A stretch of 64,000 nt of DNA from Octopus vulgaris. Its lineage: Eukaryota. Shown piece after piece: positions 26,437 to 39,907 of the stretch. The stretch covers positions 27,590,001-27,654,000 of the forward strand of contig OX597835.1 in the NCBI GenBank assembly GCA_951406725.2, given 5' to 3'. The notes beneath the pieces were generated by a model. It saw only the letters and a program-made list of their open reading frames with translations, was not told where the DNA came from and searched no databases. The number at the start of each line of letters is the position of its first letter. The first letter of the stretch is position 1. Position numbers and translations under genes: made by a program.

Positions 26437-26441
<5 letters not shown>
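26286..26441. repeat. spacer-less palindrome with 78-bp arms
   Basis: acatacaaaattaagaggaatgaccactaaagtggacacc... centred on ccattaccac|gtggtaatgg, with few mismatches. Confidence 0.92.
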
Positions 26442-26483
<42 letters not shown>

Positions 26484-27597
26484 ACAATCTAATTAACTTA
26501 AAGTGTAATTGAATTGCATATTATGAAATGTAATCTGAACTGAACTGATGAAATTTACTTCTAATAAAGAAAATTCGAAATGATATCCAGGTAAGGTGTT
26601 AGTTTGATAGCAAACTGCCAGATTGAATTTGATAAATTAACTAACGAATAGTTTGGTGCTTCTACACAGTTAAGAATTACCTGTGTGCCAGAATTAACAA
26701 TGATTCATTCATCACTCCCAAGTTCCAGATACTCTCCCGCTTGCTAAGAAAATAACTATAAATATTTTATGACAATACATAATGGCTGAATTGTGCTGAC
26801 TGTGCACACTACACTGTGTTTGTGTTACAATAGGGTTTGATTAAATAATTGTTGTAGCTGTTCAGACCAAAGTAGGTTAGTTCTGAATGAGTAGACCTTT
26901 TATCAAAGGCATTCCAGCCATGACCAACACTTTTTGCAAGCAGTTCTACCTGGGACTATATGATTTAATATCGATTTCCTTCTTTAAGACAGTATAATAT
27001 GATTTGATTGAGATTTAGCTGCTATTTCTAGCTGAACAAGTGATCATGTAGAGCAGAGTTTCTCAACTGTTTTTTACCTATGGACTCTTTTGACTCCTAT
27101 TTTACTTAAATGGACCCTCATAGCCATTTGCTATTTAAAAAATCATTTTATACTCTGATATATATTTTTCATAATTAAATATCATTGGGGATTGTATAAA
27201 AAAAATTAAGGTATTTTGTGTATTGCAGAAATATAGCCTATTTATGCTTTTCTACTCTAGGCACGGGGCCCAAAATTTTTGGGGAGGGGGCCAGTCAATT
27301 AGACTGACACCAGTATGCAACTAGTACTTAACTTATCGACCCTGAATAGACGAAAGGTAAAGTCGACCTCAACGGAATTTATATAGCCTATTTATTGCAC
27401 ATAAAGTTTAACAACCAAATCTTATATGGACCCCCTCCCCCATTCAAGGGCCATATGGACTCAGGTTTGGAACCACTGATGTAAAGGCCCCTTCATTTTG
27501 CTCTATGGCACAGAAACAATATATTTTACTAACTGAAAGTGCTGAGTTCAAATACTTTACAGACTGTGAAAAGGAAACTAGAAGATACTCTAGTCTT

Positions 27598-27975
27598 ATA
27601 CTCGTTTCAGTCATTTGACTGAAGCCATGCTGGAGCACCGCCTTTTGTCAAACAAATTGATTCCAGGACTTATTCTTTGTAAGCTTAGTACTTATTCTAT
27701 TGATCTCTTTTGCCGAACTGCTAATTTTATGGGTATGCAAATACACCAACGTTAGTTGTCAAGTGATGGTGGGGGGACAAACACAGACACACACACACAT
27801 ATATATATATAATGGGCTTCTTTCAGTTTCCGTCTACCAAATCCACTCACAAGGCTTTGGTCAGCCCAAGGCTATAGTAGAAGACACTTGCCCAAGGTGC
27901 CACACAGTGGGACTGAACCCAGAACAATGTAGTTGGAAAGCAAGCTTCTTACCACACAACCACTCCTGCACCTAC
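27598..27975 (-). mobile_element. SINE family A
   Basis: Same sequence family as 24261-24655. Confidence 0.8.
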
Positions 27976-28621
27976 AGAAAATTGTTAATCAATGACAGAT
28001 ATTTCTAGGAGAGCTGAGTTAAACATATCACAACTCTGTTGTGCAGGACATTGCCAGTGCCACCTAATGACACAAAAGCAAAAAGGATGACAATGATGAC
28101 ACCTCTAATAATGTGGTGCCAAAACTACTGGCACCAAACTTTGTAAGAGAGAATAATTGTCTGCAGTAAATTCATAGCTAGAAGAAACGTTCTTCAAGTA
28201 CTCCAGTGTTTACGACATAGGTTCACAATCATGTGATTAAAGATGGCTAGGAATAAAATGTGATACAAGAAAAATATATGGGAATTTAAAGGAATAAAAA
28301 TATCTTGTTCAGCTGGTGTAGCCCGCTTCCTTTAAAATGTTATTACCTATTTCAAATGTTGTTTCTCTCTTTGAAAAACAAAAGAATTTCTTTTGCAATC
28401 ACCAATGCCAAATTTGTAAGATTTTCCTGGACTAAAATGGCAAACATAAAAATCTTTAGTATATTCTGCTACTAGTACTACTACTCTTTATTCCTACTAC
28501 TCACTTGAAGAAGCAATGACTATAGCTTATAATTTCATTAATGTAAAGTATACTAAAGTGGCATCTTTTGTGGTCCAGCAGTTGAACTTTAGTCAGAAAA
28601 GAATTGAAGTAAGTTAAATCA

Positions 28622-28642
28622 TGTGTGCGTGTATATATATAT

Positions 28643-28705
<63 letters not shown>

Positions 28706-29129
28706 ATTATACATATTTATATATATATAATTATACATATTTATACATATATATATATACATATTTATACATATATATATACATATTTATACATATATAT
28801 ATACATATTTATACATATATATATACATATTTATACATATATATATACATATTTATACATATATATATATATATATATACATATTTATACATATATATAT
28901 ATACATATTTATACATATATATATACATATTTATACATATATATACATATTTATATATATATATACATATTTATATATATATATTTATATATATACATAT
29001 TTATATATATACATATTTATATATATATACATATTTATATATATATATACATATATTTATATATATATATACATATATTTATATATATATATACACATAT
29101 ATTTATATATATATATATATATACACATA

Positions 29130-29196
<67 letters not shown>

Positions 29197-29563
29197 ATAC
29201 ATATATTATATATGTATATACATATACTTATATATATATATATACATATATTTATATGTATATACATATACTTATATGTATATACATATACTTATATATG
29301 TAGGTCCCGGGTTGAGTCGGGGTTAACCACAGTAAATAAGGTACTCAATACATAGCAGAGTAAATTAATTTATTTTATCATATACTTGTATATATATATA
29401 CATATATTTATATGTATATATACATATATTTATATGTATATATACATATATTTATATATATATACATATATTTATATATATATACATATATTTATATATA
29501 TATACATATATTTATATATATATACATATATTTATAGATATATACAAATATATATAGATATAT

Positions 29564-29612
<49 letters not shown>
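28622..29612. repeat. compound (TA)n / tatacatattta microsatellite array
   Basis: About 1 kb of almost pure A/T repeats. Similar arrays at 13255-13490, 13620-13860, 21160-21575, 31185-31495, 47880-48150 and 49765-50180. Confidence 0.97.
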
Positions 29613-29618
<6 letters not shown>

Positions 29619-31200
29619 ACTTCTATATTCTTTCTGAAGACAGACAAGATTAAATTGCCATCTAAGCTTAAATAGAACCAGTTTTAAGAATGCTATAGAC
29701 CTTCAAACTACTCAAGATGAAGCAGGATAGGAATGAAAATTCATTGGAACAACAAAATAGATATGAACAGCATTAAATCAAACTATACAAAGCAATAGAA
29801 GACAGACGCAACCCTCAAACAAGAAAAACAAAATAAATAAAACATTTTCGTCAAGGACTGTCTGTTAGGTATTCAAGAGTTTAACATATTAACAGGAAAA
29901 TTCTTAAGATTCTGACAATCATAAACAGAATCAAACCAAAAAAAGGAAAATAAATGGTAAGAACTATTGTAACTACAAATGCTAGACATTTTGTAAGAAC
30001 GGCAAAACATAAAAATGAGAAAAAAGAAAACTAGAGTGTGAAGCTTCCTATTTTCAATAATTTATTGGTGTCATGAAAATCTGACATTAGATTCAAGAGT
30101 TAAGAGCAAGAAATAAAAGTGCAAACACAAATGACCGTTCTGAAAGATGTTCTGTGTAGACAGTAGTTAAGAAAGATGCTTTGTTGACAACTGGAAAAAT
30201 ATTTCCCTAATTATTACATTTCTGAGGATGGTGTTCTTAATGAAGAAAAATTTAGAATTTTTCTTTGAGAATTAGCATGTAATTATTTCTCAAGTTAATT
30301 TAGTGATTACAATAAACTTTGTTAAAATCTGCTGTCACTGACAAAACATTTCATCATTTATTTCACATCACCACTTCTTAACTGATACGTTTCAGACAAA
30401 GAGAAATTAAAGCTTTCAGATAAACAAGTCAGACACTAAAAGACATATAAGTTTTTAAAAAAAGAAATGGATATAAATGATATCTGTGTACACATAAACA
30501 CAAAAAATTACTAGCTAAAAATGAAAAATAACTACACAAAAATAAACAAAAAAAATTTCATTAAAAACTGAAAACTTAAATAACATTCCAAAATAAAATA
30601 CAAATTTAAGAATGACAATAAACTGAAAAAGAAAAGAAAAGAAAAATATGAAATGAAACGCTTTCCAAGAACTCATTCAGAATATGCCATTTTATGAGGT
30701 AGAACACCTAAATATATAAAGATGAAAATTGTTCCAGTTAAAAGCTAGAAAAAATTTGAAAATTTGACAATAAGTTTTATTAATTTAGAATGAAATTTAT
30801 AAATTAAAATAACATGGTTTATTAGTTTCTCATTTTAAATGATCAAAACTAACAATATCTTTTCCCATTCATTTATATATGCCAGAGTTCAGTTCTTACT
30901 GCTGTCTTATCTAAAATAGATTAGCACTAGTCAGTGAATATCCTTGCATAAATCTGCATTAACAGCACTAGATTCAGATACTAATTTGTAAATCCATGTG
31001 TACTTGTGAGTACGTGTTCAAGTACATACATAGATTTTTTTTTTATTTAAAATAAAACATTTACATTACAAATTTTTAGGCAACAAATGAAAATTTCATA
31101 AAACTGCAGAGGAACCATGATCAAGAATCGTATTTTTTTATAATGTCAGAAAAAATATTGATGAACTCATGGATTAGCAAGTGTATATAGATATATATAC

Positions 31201-31258
<58 letters not shown>

Positions 31259-31313
31259 CACATACATACATATATATATATATATATACATATATACATA
31301 CATATACACACAT

Positions 31314-31347
<34 letters not shown>

Positions 31348-31449
31348 ACATATACATATATATATACATATACACATATATACATATATACAAATATATA
31401 CATACATACATATATACATACATACATATATACATACATATATACATAT

Positions 31450-31494
<45 letters not shown>

Positions 31495-32658
31495 GAATGA
31501 ATGCACATATAAAATTGTAGAAATAGGATTTAGTAGACTTATTTCAAAGAAAGTTAGTGATTCAGAAACAAATTGGTGGGGGGAATACATATAAAAATCT
31601 AAGATGTCTTTTAAAAAAATATGTCAATCCAAATATTTTGCTGAGAAAATAAATCTCTTCTTTCTTTTGGGGGTTTTACTGTCAAACTAAGAATTTTATA
31701 AAGAATACTTGAATAACTAGTTTCTTTAACCTTTGCCTGCTCATATTCCTAACAAACCAGATTGCTTATACACTTCCTTTAGGATTTAGTAAAAGTAACT
31801 AATGAGTTCATTATTAAACCTGTTGTTACCATATTTCTGTTGAAGTACACAACCTTTGATTCAAGTAATTGTGAAGATAGTGAAGAATGTAGAAAATTAA
31901 TTTTATTGATAATTTCTATCTTATACTTTAAAAGCAGATACATCAATGAAAGCCTAACTAACAATGGTATTCATCTTGAGATAGCATCCCTTAGTGATGT
32001 ATAATGTTAAAAAACACAGAAATATATCAGTTGTAGACAAGAATCATCCAGCAGTGGTGGTGGCATTCCTAAATTTGCATTTCTCCTTCTTTGAACTACA
32101 TCAATAACAGTTCTCATCTACTGGATTTCTAAGACAAAATCCGCTGTTACTGATGTAGTAAAACAGTGATTACTATCAAACTGGTAAGGGCAGTGAGCAA
32201 GCAGAAGTGTTAGCACAGGGGACAAAATGCTGGTAAGCATTTTGTCTATTTTTATGTTCTGAGTTCAAATTCTGCTGCAGTCGACCTTGCTTTTCACCCT
32301 TTGAGGGTCAATAAAATAAATACCAGTTGAGCACTGGGCTTAATGTAACCGACTGACCCCTCCCCCCAAATTGCTGGCCTTGTGCCAAAACTTGAAACTA
32401 GCATTAAAGCTGGTGTTTGGAACACAAAATTAACCTGACATTTTCTTGAGAGGTTTTAATTCAAATCTTATCTAAGACAGGAAAATGATATCATAGAAAC
32501 TGTGGTACTCTAAGGCAGGTTAGTAAGAAATAGGTTTGGGACTAGCATTTAAAATGTTACAAACTCTTTTGGTTTTTTTTTTTTTTTGATAAAATTTTAA
32601 CTGAAAGTGTTACTTTCAATATAAACATTGTCTCAAAGCAGGAATATTTGTTTTTATC

Positions 32659-33020
32659 TATTACCTCCACCTTAGCGAAGGTGGAGGTATTGTTTGCAGT
32701 CATGCTTGTTTGGACAAGATATCTCAAGAACCGCTGGATGGATTCAGATGAAACTTTCAGGGATTTTTGGCCTCGTGACTGGCATGAACTGATTAGATTT
32801 TGATATCAATCCAGTACCAGACAAGGATTCTGGATTATTTTTTCCTGTTTTTTTTCACTTAATTTTTGAGAGAGGTCAGGTTCATTTTTAGTATTCTCAT
32901 TTGTGAGAGCAGTCGAGTTTATTTCAGATATTCTCATTTTAAAAATCCTCTCTGGCTAATCGTTGAGAGGACATTGGTGTTACCTTGGCAGAGGTTTGCA
33001 CTCTCTGAGTGCTCTTATAA
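32659..33020 (+). mobile_element. Helentron/HINE-like non-autonomous element
   Basis: 5' tattacctccaccttagcgaaggtggaggt hairpin. 3' sub-terminal IR ccttggcagaggt followed by the hairpin gcactctctgagtgc. Confidence 0.65.
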
Positions 33021-34618
33021 TTATTTTCTTGTTTTAAATCTCTGAGTAAGAGATTTTCTTTCTTTTTTTTATATCATGGAACCAAAAATAATCTTTAGTA
33101 AGTTGATATTGAAAATGATTAATCCCTTCCCTTTCCTTAATGACCCAGCTGAGACCAAATTCTAAAAACTGACCACAAATATTAATAGAATTATCAAAAT
33201 AAATTGCAGTTTTTTTTCAGGGTTTGTCAGGTGAAAATTAACTTAAAAGGAAGTTATAATAATTCATAATTAATAGAGACTAATTTTTTTAAAATATTAA
33301 TGAGCAGATTTGTAAGGTATCTAAACAAAGGAATTCGCTTTTCCCCAATAATCTAATACATTATTGTTGTTCTTTTTTAGACTAATCCTCATTGAATGAA
33401 TGCACTTATTATTGAAGGCATTCCAGTAATGACCACCCCATTTGCTTAGCAGTGTCTAGGATGACTTTATCTAACATAGCTATCTTATTTTTTTACAACA
33501 TGATAGTATGTAAAGTAATAGAGATGTAGTTGCTATGCTGGTGTTGTTGTGTAGCCTCAGGTGAGTCCTGACTCAAAACATATCTGTGGAGGCATGAAGC
33601 TTAGTGGTTATGGTACTGGACTCATGATTGTAAGATTGTGGTTTCAATTCCTGCACCAGGCGTTGCATTGCATTCTTGAGCAAAACACTTCTTTTCACAT
33701 TGTTCCAGTGTACTCAGCTGGCAAAAATGAGTAATCCTGCAAGGGACTGGCATCCTATCCAGGTGCAGAATATATACACTATGAAATCAGCCCTTATGAG
33801 TTGATATGACTTGAGAAGATAACTAACTTTTGCAATACATATCTATGACCAAAAGCGTTCCACCTTTGCCCATCATGTATTTTTTTTTCAAGCATAGTGT
33901 ATCTACAACTACATTGTCTAATGTATCTTACATTTTTAAGAAGTTAAGGTGTAATTAAAGAGAAGTTTGGCTGCTATTTCTATCAAGTCAAACAACCATA
34001 TAAAGGCTCCCTCATAAGATTAAATAAAATTATACATGTAATTTATGCATAAATGTATGTATGTGTAGGGTGGTACATGACAAAATGTAAGTTTAACACT
34101 ATAGCTTTCAGCAGCAAATATGTAACTGCAAATAGAATGGATTGAATCCTTTAACTAATTAATAATAATTAATGCAATCAATGTAATTTCTGACAAAACA
34201 TTATGAATATATGTTTTAGGTTCCTTTCTTTAATAGGTTTGTTTCAAAGGCAGGGAAAAATGATAGTAACATTTCCATTTTCTTTTTCTTCTTTTTATTT
34301 TTAAATTCAAACTGAGAAGGTTGGCAAGGTTTCAAATTTTATGCATATTTGAATGAGTCTTTAATATCAATGCATGCAAAATAAAGGCTACATACTACAT
34401 ACTAGAAAAAAGAAACAAACAATAAAAAATGGAAAAAAAATAAAAAGAATTATACACCAAAATGAAATAAGCAATTCAAAAATGAAATAATATTCACAAA
34501 ATAGAAAATGGAAAATACATTTGACAAAAACAAAAATAACAAAGGAAAAATCAAAATAATAATGATAAAAACATATAAAACAAAAACAAGGCAGAAAATA
34601 AGAGATGAATGTACTTAC

Positions 34619-34709
34619 TAGATCACTAACAAAAGGGATAGATTTTCGCCTTGGCTTAATTTCCGGCATACTATCTATACTTGTATAAAATGTATTATGC
34701 TCAGGGGGT
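34619..34709 (-). CDS. unc-13: unc-13 internal exon (91 nt), conserved pre-C1 block
   Basis: Acceptor cttatatcccattacag and donor CTA|gtaagt. Reads (G)PPEHNTFYTSIDSMPEIKPRRKSIPFVSDL, matching the Munc13/UNC-13 motif IDSMPDIR(P/K)R(R/K).IPLVS(D/E)L. Phase 2 to phase 0. Confidence 0.95.
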
Positions 34710-36612
34710 CTGTAATGGGATATAAGATAGAAAAGAAAAATATCTTAGTTCTCTGACCTAAACAGTGACACTAGCATGGGAATTACATTGGTAAGCATCC
34801 ATTTTCCTGAAGAGAAAATTTTTCACCATTTATTATACATGCAAAAGAAACTAAAGAAATATATGAAGAAAATTTTATTTCATCGTATTTTTTTTTTATG
34901 AAAAAACATCAATTTATCAACATTAATAGCTTATATATTACTGACGTAAAAAAAACAAGAATTTAAATTTGTAAACATTGTTACAAATGAGTGTGTGTGA
35001 GTATGTAAATGTTATGTATGTATATGTGTATGAATGTTGTTAATAGCTGTCACACAGTGTAGAACAAAACTGCTTGTAATAAATAATTTTGTCCAAGGAC
35101 TTTCTAACAGTTCTTGAGCCATGTTTGTGTTTAAGTGCGAGGGCGAGTGCACTTGCTACACTACAACTCCTGCACTAATTTGATATATTTTACACACACA
35201 CACACACATACATACAGACATATAAGTCCACAAAAACAAGTACTTCTACTGGTATGTGTGCATGAGTGCAGAGGTATTTAAGAGACTAAAGTTTTGCATG
35301 TTTACATGATACAGTCAGCAACAGACCAAATATACATTATTTTTCTTTCTTAATATCAAAAATATCAACAAAAAAAAAAGAAAAAAAAGAACAAACTTTC
35401 TTTAATGCATGTAACTCTGATCAAAATTCAACATCTGAAATATCACATAACAAATTGAACAAGTCAAAACAAAATAACCTCATGTTTTCTTCTGTTGTGT
35501 GATTTTCACAAGGTGTATCATCCGTTCCTTCCATTTGCTTAGGTAATACACAATTACACAATACACAGGTGCTCAGGATGCAGTCAAGTCTTATACCTTA
35601 TTGAACACTGCATTTTCCCATTTAAAACGAGACAAAATGATCTGTTTCCAATCCATTTGGTTGCCTTGATTGTTTGTGAAATCAGCCCTTAAACCCTAAA
35701 CATTCATCTTATTGTTTACAGTCACTGAGAAATACGAACATTAAGGATCCCTCACATAAAAACAAATGGAAATATCAGATGATATTTTACAATATGTGTG
35801 TATATTACAATGCCATAAAGCATATTTTATATGGGGATATTTATAAATAAATGAAAAAGAGTAAATAAAAATATATATTAAGAATAAGAAAGTTATGAAT
35901 TTTGGCAAACATTATAAAAACTTCAAATTGGGAATATGAAATGTGGGAGTAAATTTTCCACTCGGACATGTATTTTTTCAATACTGTTTGGATTTTATTT
36001 TTTGTCCTTTCTTTAAAATGTGACACATTCCAAAATACGATTAATCGATGATTCCTGTAGGCACACTTATTACTTGGTAATTATAAAAAGTGATTAAAAC
36101 CAGGAGGGTCAGAAACAGAATTTCTGTATGTTTATACTATTATTTTCTTCAACAGTGATGCTTATTATATATATATCTATGTTATACACATCTACACTCA
36201 CATAAAAATATCTGACAAATAATTTCATTTACCCTCCCACTCCCTCTCTTCCTTTATCTATCTCTCTGTACATATATATATATATATATATTATAAAAAA
36301 ATGGGATTGTGTTAGTCAATGTGGCTGTCAATGTTAGTCAAAGTGGCTGTCACTTCCTTCACCCTCTTCTCTCTACTAGCAGAGAGACAGAGGTGCAGAG
36401 AGAGAGAGAGAAACTAATGTTGTGTTCCTTACTCTTCAAACATTCCTTTAATGTATAAACAGCATTTAAACATTTCCTCCTTCTCAATCTCCCAAAGAAC
36501 CAATATTTGTTCCCTCTTTTTTTAACCTTATACAACCATATATATGAAAACATAAAAATGTAGATATAAACAAATATATATATATATATATATATGATGG
36601 GTGTGTGTGAGT

Positions 36613-36656
<44 letters not shown>

Positions 36657-36670
36657 TGTGTGTGTGTGAG

Positions 36671-36711
<41 letters not shown>

Positions 36712-36929
36712 GCCCTCAACACATTAAGTAGTTGCTACATCTACTTTTTAATAACAGTTTGACTCAGCTCATTTCTGCCAGCTGAGTGGCCTGGAGGTAT
36801 GTGAAATGAAGTGTTTTACTCAAGAACACAATACATCGCCCAGTCCAGGAATTGAAACCTCAGCTTTATGATCATAAGTGCAGCACTGTAGCCACAAAGC
36901 TACATGCATCCACACATACACATACTCAA

Positions 36930-36961
<32 letters not shown>

Positions 36962-37002
36962 ACATACATACATACAAACACATGCATATATATATATATA
37001 TA

Positions 37003-37700
37003 TCATCATCATCATCATCATCATCGTTTAGCGTCCGCTTTCCATGCTAGCATGGGTTGGACGGGTCAACTGGGGTCTGTGAAGCTGGAAGGCTTCGTCA
37101 GGCTCAGTCAGATCTGGCAGTGTTTCTACGGCTGGATGCCCTTCCTAACGCCAACCACTCCGCGAGTGTAGTGGGTGTTTTTTACGTGCCACCTGCACAG
37201 GTGCCAGACAGAGCTGGCGAACGGCCACGAATGGAAGGTGCTTTTACGTGTCACCGGCACGGGGCCAGGCGATGCTGGCAACGGACACGAACGGATGGTG
37301 CTTTTACGTGCCACCGACACGGGGCCAGACAGAGCTGGCAAACGGCCACGAGCGAACGGTGCTTTTACGTGTCACCGGCATGGGGCCAGCCGAGGCTGGC
37401 AACGGACACGGACGGATGGTGCTTTTACGTGCCACCGACACGGGGCCAGACAGAGCTGGCAAACGGCCACGAACGGATGGTGCTTTTACGTGTCACCGCA
37501 CGGGGCCAGGCAAGGCTGGCAACGAACACGAACGGATGGTGCTTTACGAGCCACCGACACGGGCCAGGCAGAGCTGGCAAACGGCCATGAGTGAATGCTG
37601 CTTTTACGTATCACCGGCACGGGTGCCAGACGAGGCTGACAGCGGACACGATCGGATGGGTCACTTAACCCCTGCTTTCTGATATATGATTTGATTTTGA
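37003..37700 (-). mobile_element. SINE family D with (ATG)n tail
   Basis: (cat)n-cgtttagcgtccgctttccatgctagcatgggttggacgg...ggctggatgcccttcctaacgccaaccac. Many copies (about 620-870, 3763-4100, 6735-6880, 43790-44150, 58480-58860). Confidence 0.75.
37173..37660. repeat. GC-rich ~60-bp minisatellite, 8 units in (AB)4 order, inside a family-D SINE
   Basis: Units begin ggtgcttttacgtg and alternate A (ccaccgacac..agacagagctggcaaacggccac) and B (tcaccggcac..gaggctggcaacggacac). Confidence 0.92.
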
Positions 37701-37715
37701 TTGTTCTCACTGGTC

Positions 37716-37746
<31 letters not shown>

Positions 37747-37767
37747 ACATACATACATACAAACACA

Positions 37768-37804
<37 letters not shown>

Positions 37805-38700
37805 GCTGTGTGACATTTGTGTATGTGAGTCTGTTAGTGTGTGTTTATGCAAGTATTGCTTAAAAAATCCACATTAAAATGATGTTCAAAAATTTATGTT
37901 AAAATATATTCATGGTTTCAATTTACATAGCCTTTTAGCCAGAAAGTGAATTGCACACTCATCTAGGCACATAATGTGTTGAGAAATCTACACACACACA
38001 CCTGATTGCATTAAGTTTGCTAACAATATATAATGATGTTAATTTTCTTTCAAAAAGGCCTTTTTACATAAAATTATGCCACAGATTAAGATATGACTAA
38101 ATTTTTAAAAACATTATTCTGCAGATTGGCATAATAATATATTGAACATTTCAATAAAATTTACTAAAAGATATTTGGAGATGAATATTTTAAGAATTTA
38201 TCATTGTTTTCCCAATATCCTTTTATTCTTCAGCTGATGTGAGTTATTTAAATGTGGCCAGGCTGGGGCATCACATTTGAGAGTAAAGTCTCTAGCATTA
38301 GTCCAGAACTTATTTTTTTTTGTGGGGTCTTTTTGTTTTTGGTGGGAGGTTCAATCTTAGAAGGATGGAATTCAGTATAGATCTGAGCAGGGTTTGAACT
38401 CAGAATTGCTTGCAAAGGGAAATAACTAAGTAAAAACACAAAGAATTTTTTATCCGGTGTACTACTGATTTCACCACACCTAACCTCCTGCTGTTGTAAA
38501 CATAGTGAAACCAAGGAATTCATCTTTGAATAAAATAAAAGATTAAATTTTTAAAAAAATCTCTACTTTTAAAAATGAAAAATTAACATCAAATCTTTGG
38601 TTTAGCCTGGGGAAAAAACCCCCAATGAATTTACAGATTTAAAACATATACATACATACAAACAAATATACATGTAATTATACACAGATACACACATTTA

Positions 38701-39720
38701 TAACAGAGTTACTAGTGAGGAATTATTAATCTGGTCAAAATACCTTATAAACTCTCCGTTAGTGCACCTGACTAAAAATCTTGTTTAGATTAGTAAAAAC
38801 TCCACATGTTCTTGTGGCTGGGTCCAAGGTTATAGTTCATCATGGTTTTATATTGTAAATCCATGGCTATGGTCCAGTCAAACTGGTTTTCACATGAAGT
38901 GATATACAAGACAAGGAATAAATAATGGTAATTACATATTTTCCCTCTATTGTAGTAAATTTAACTTATAAAATATGATAAGGACCATTATTTATGCCTT
39001 GTCTTATATATATATATGAACACAAACTACTCACACACACACACACATATGAAATTATGATAAACAAAAGTTTATATAATTCGTTCCCTGCATACATTTC
39101 ACCATTGTGTTTGTTTTAAACCACAATACTGAATGGGCAGTTGGCTGCTTAACTATAATGCAGACATATATCTAACTGTATTCATGAGGTATACGAGATA
39201 TACTATATATATAACAGAGTTACTAGTGAGGAATTATTAATCTGGGTAAAATACCTTATAAACTCTCCGTTAGTGCACCTGGCTAAAAATCTTGTTTAGA
39301 TTAGTAAAAACTCCACATGTTCTTGTGGCTGGGTCCAAGGTTATAGTTCATCATGGTTTTATATTGTAAATCCATGGCTGTGGTCCAGTCAAACTGGTTT
39401 TCACATGAAGTGATATACAAGACAAGGAATAAATAATGGTAATTACATATTTTCCCTCTATTGTAGTAAATTTAACTTATAAAATATGATAAGGACCATT
39501 ATTTATGCCTTGTCTTATATATATATATGAACACAAACTACTCACACACACACACATATATGAAATTATGATAAACAAAAGTTTATATAATTGTTCCCTG
39601 CATACATTTCACCATTGTGTTTGTTTTAAACCAACAATACTGAATGGGCAGTTGGCTGCTTAACTATAATGCAGACATATATCTAACTGTATTCATGAGG
39701 TATACGAGATATACTATATA
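38701..39720. repeat. 511-bp direct tandem duplication of otherwise unique intron
   Basis: taacagagttactagtgagg at 38701 and 39212. The copies differ at only a handful of positions. Confidence 0.95.
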
Positions 39721-39732
39721 TATATATATGTG

Positions 39733-39765
<33 letters not shown>

Positions 39766-39775
39766 GTGTGTGTTG

Positions 39776-39827
<52 letters not shown>

Positions 39828-39875
39828 CACATGTATGTATATATTATTATATGTATATATATATATATGTATATA

Positions 39876-39907
<32 letters not shown>

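Noticed and set aside
28621-29613. Long Y/I/H/T-rich ORFs here and at 13.2-13.9, 21, 31, 39.7, 48 and 49.7-50.1 kb
   Set aside because: These are translations of (TA)n/(TACA)n microsatellites.
37173-37660. CRISPR-like array, or coding ORFs 37057-37758
   Set aside because: The units are whole tandem repeats with no unique spacers, there are no cas genes, and the context is a eukaryotic SINE. The ORFs are open only because the repeat is GC-rich.
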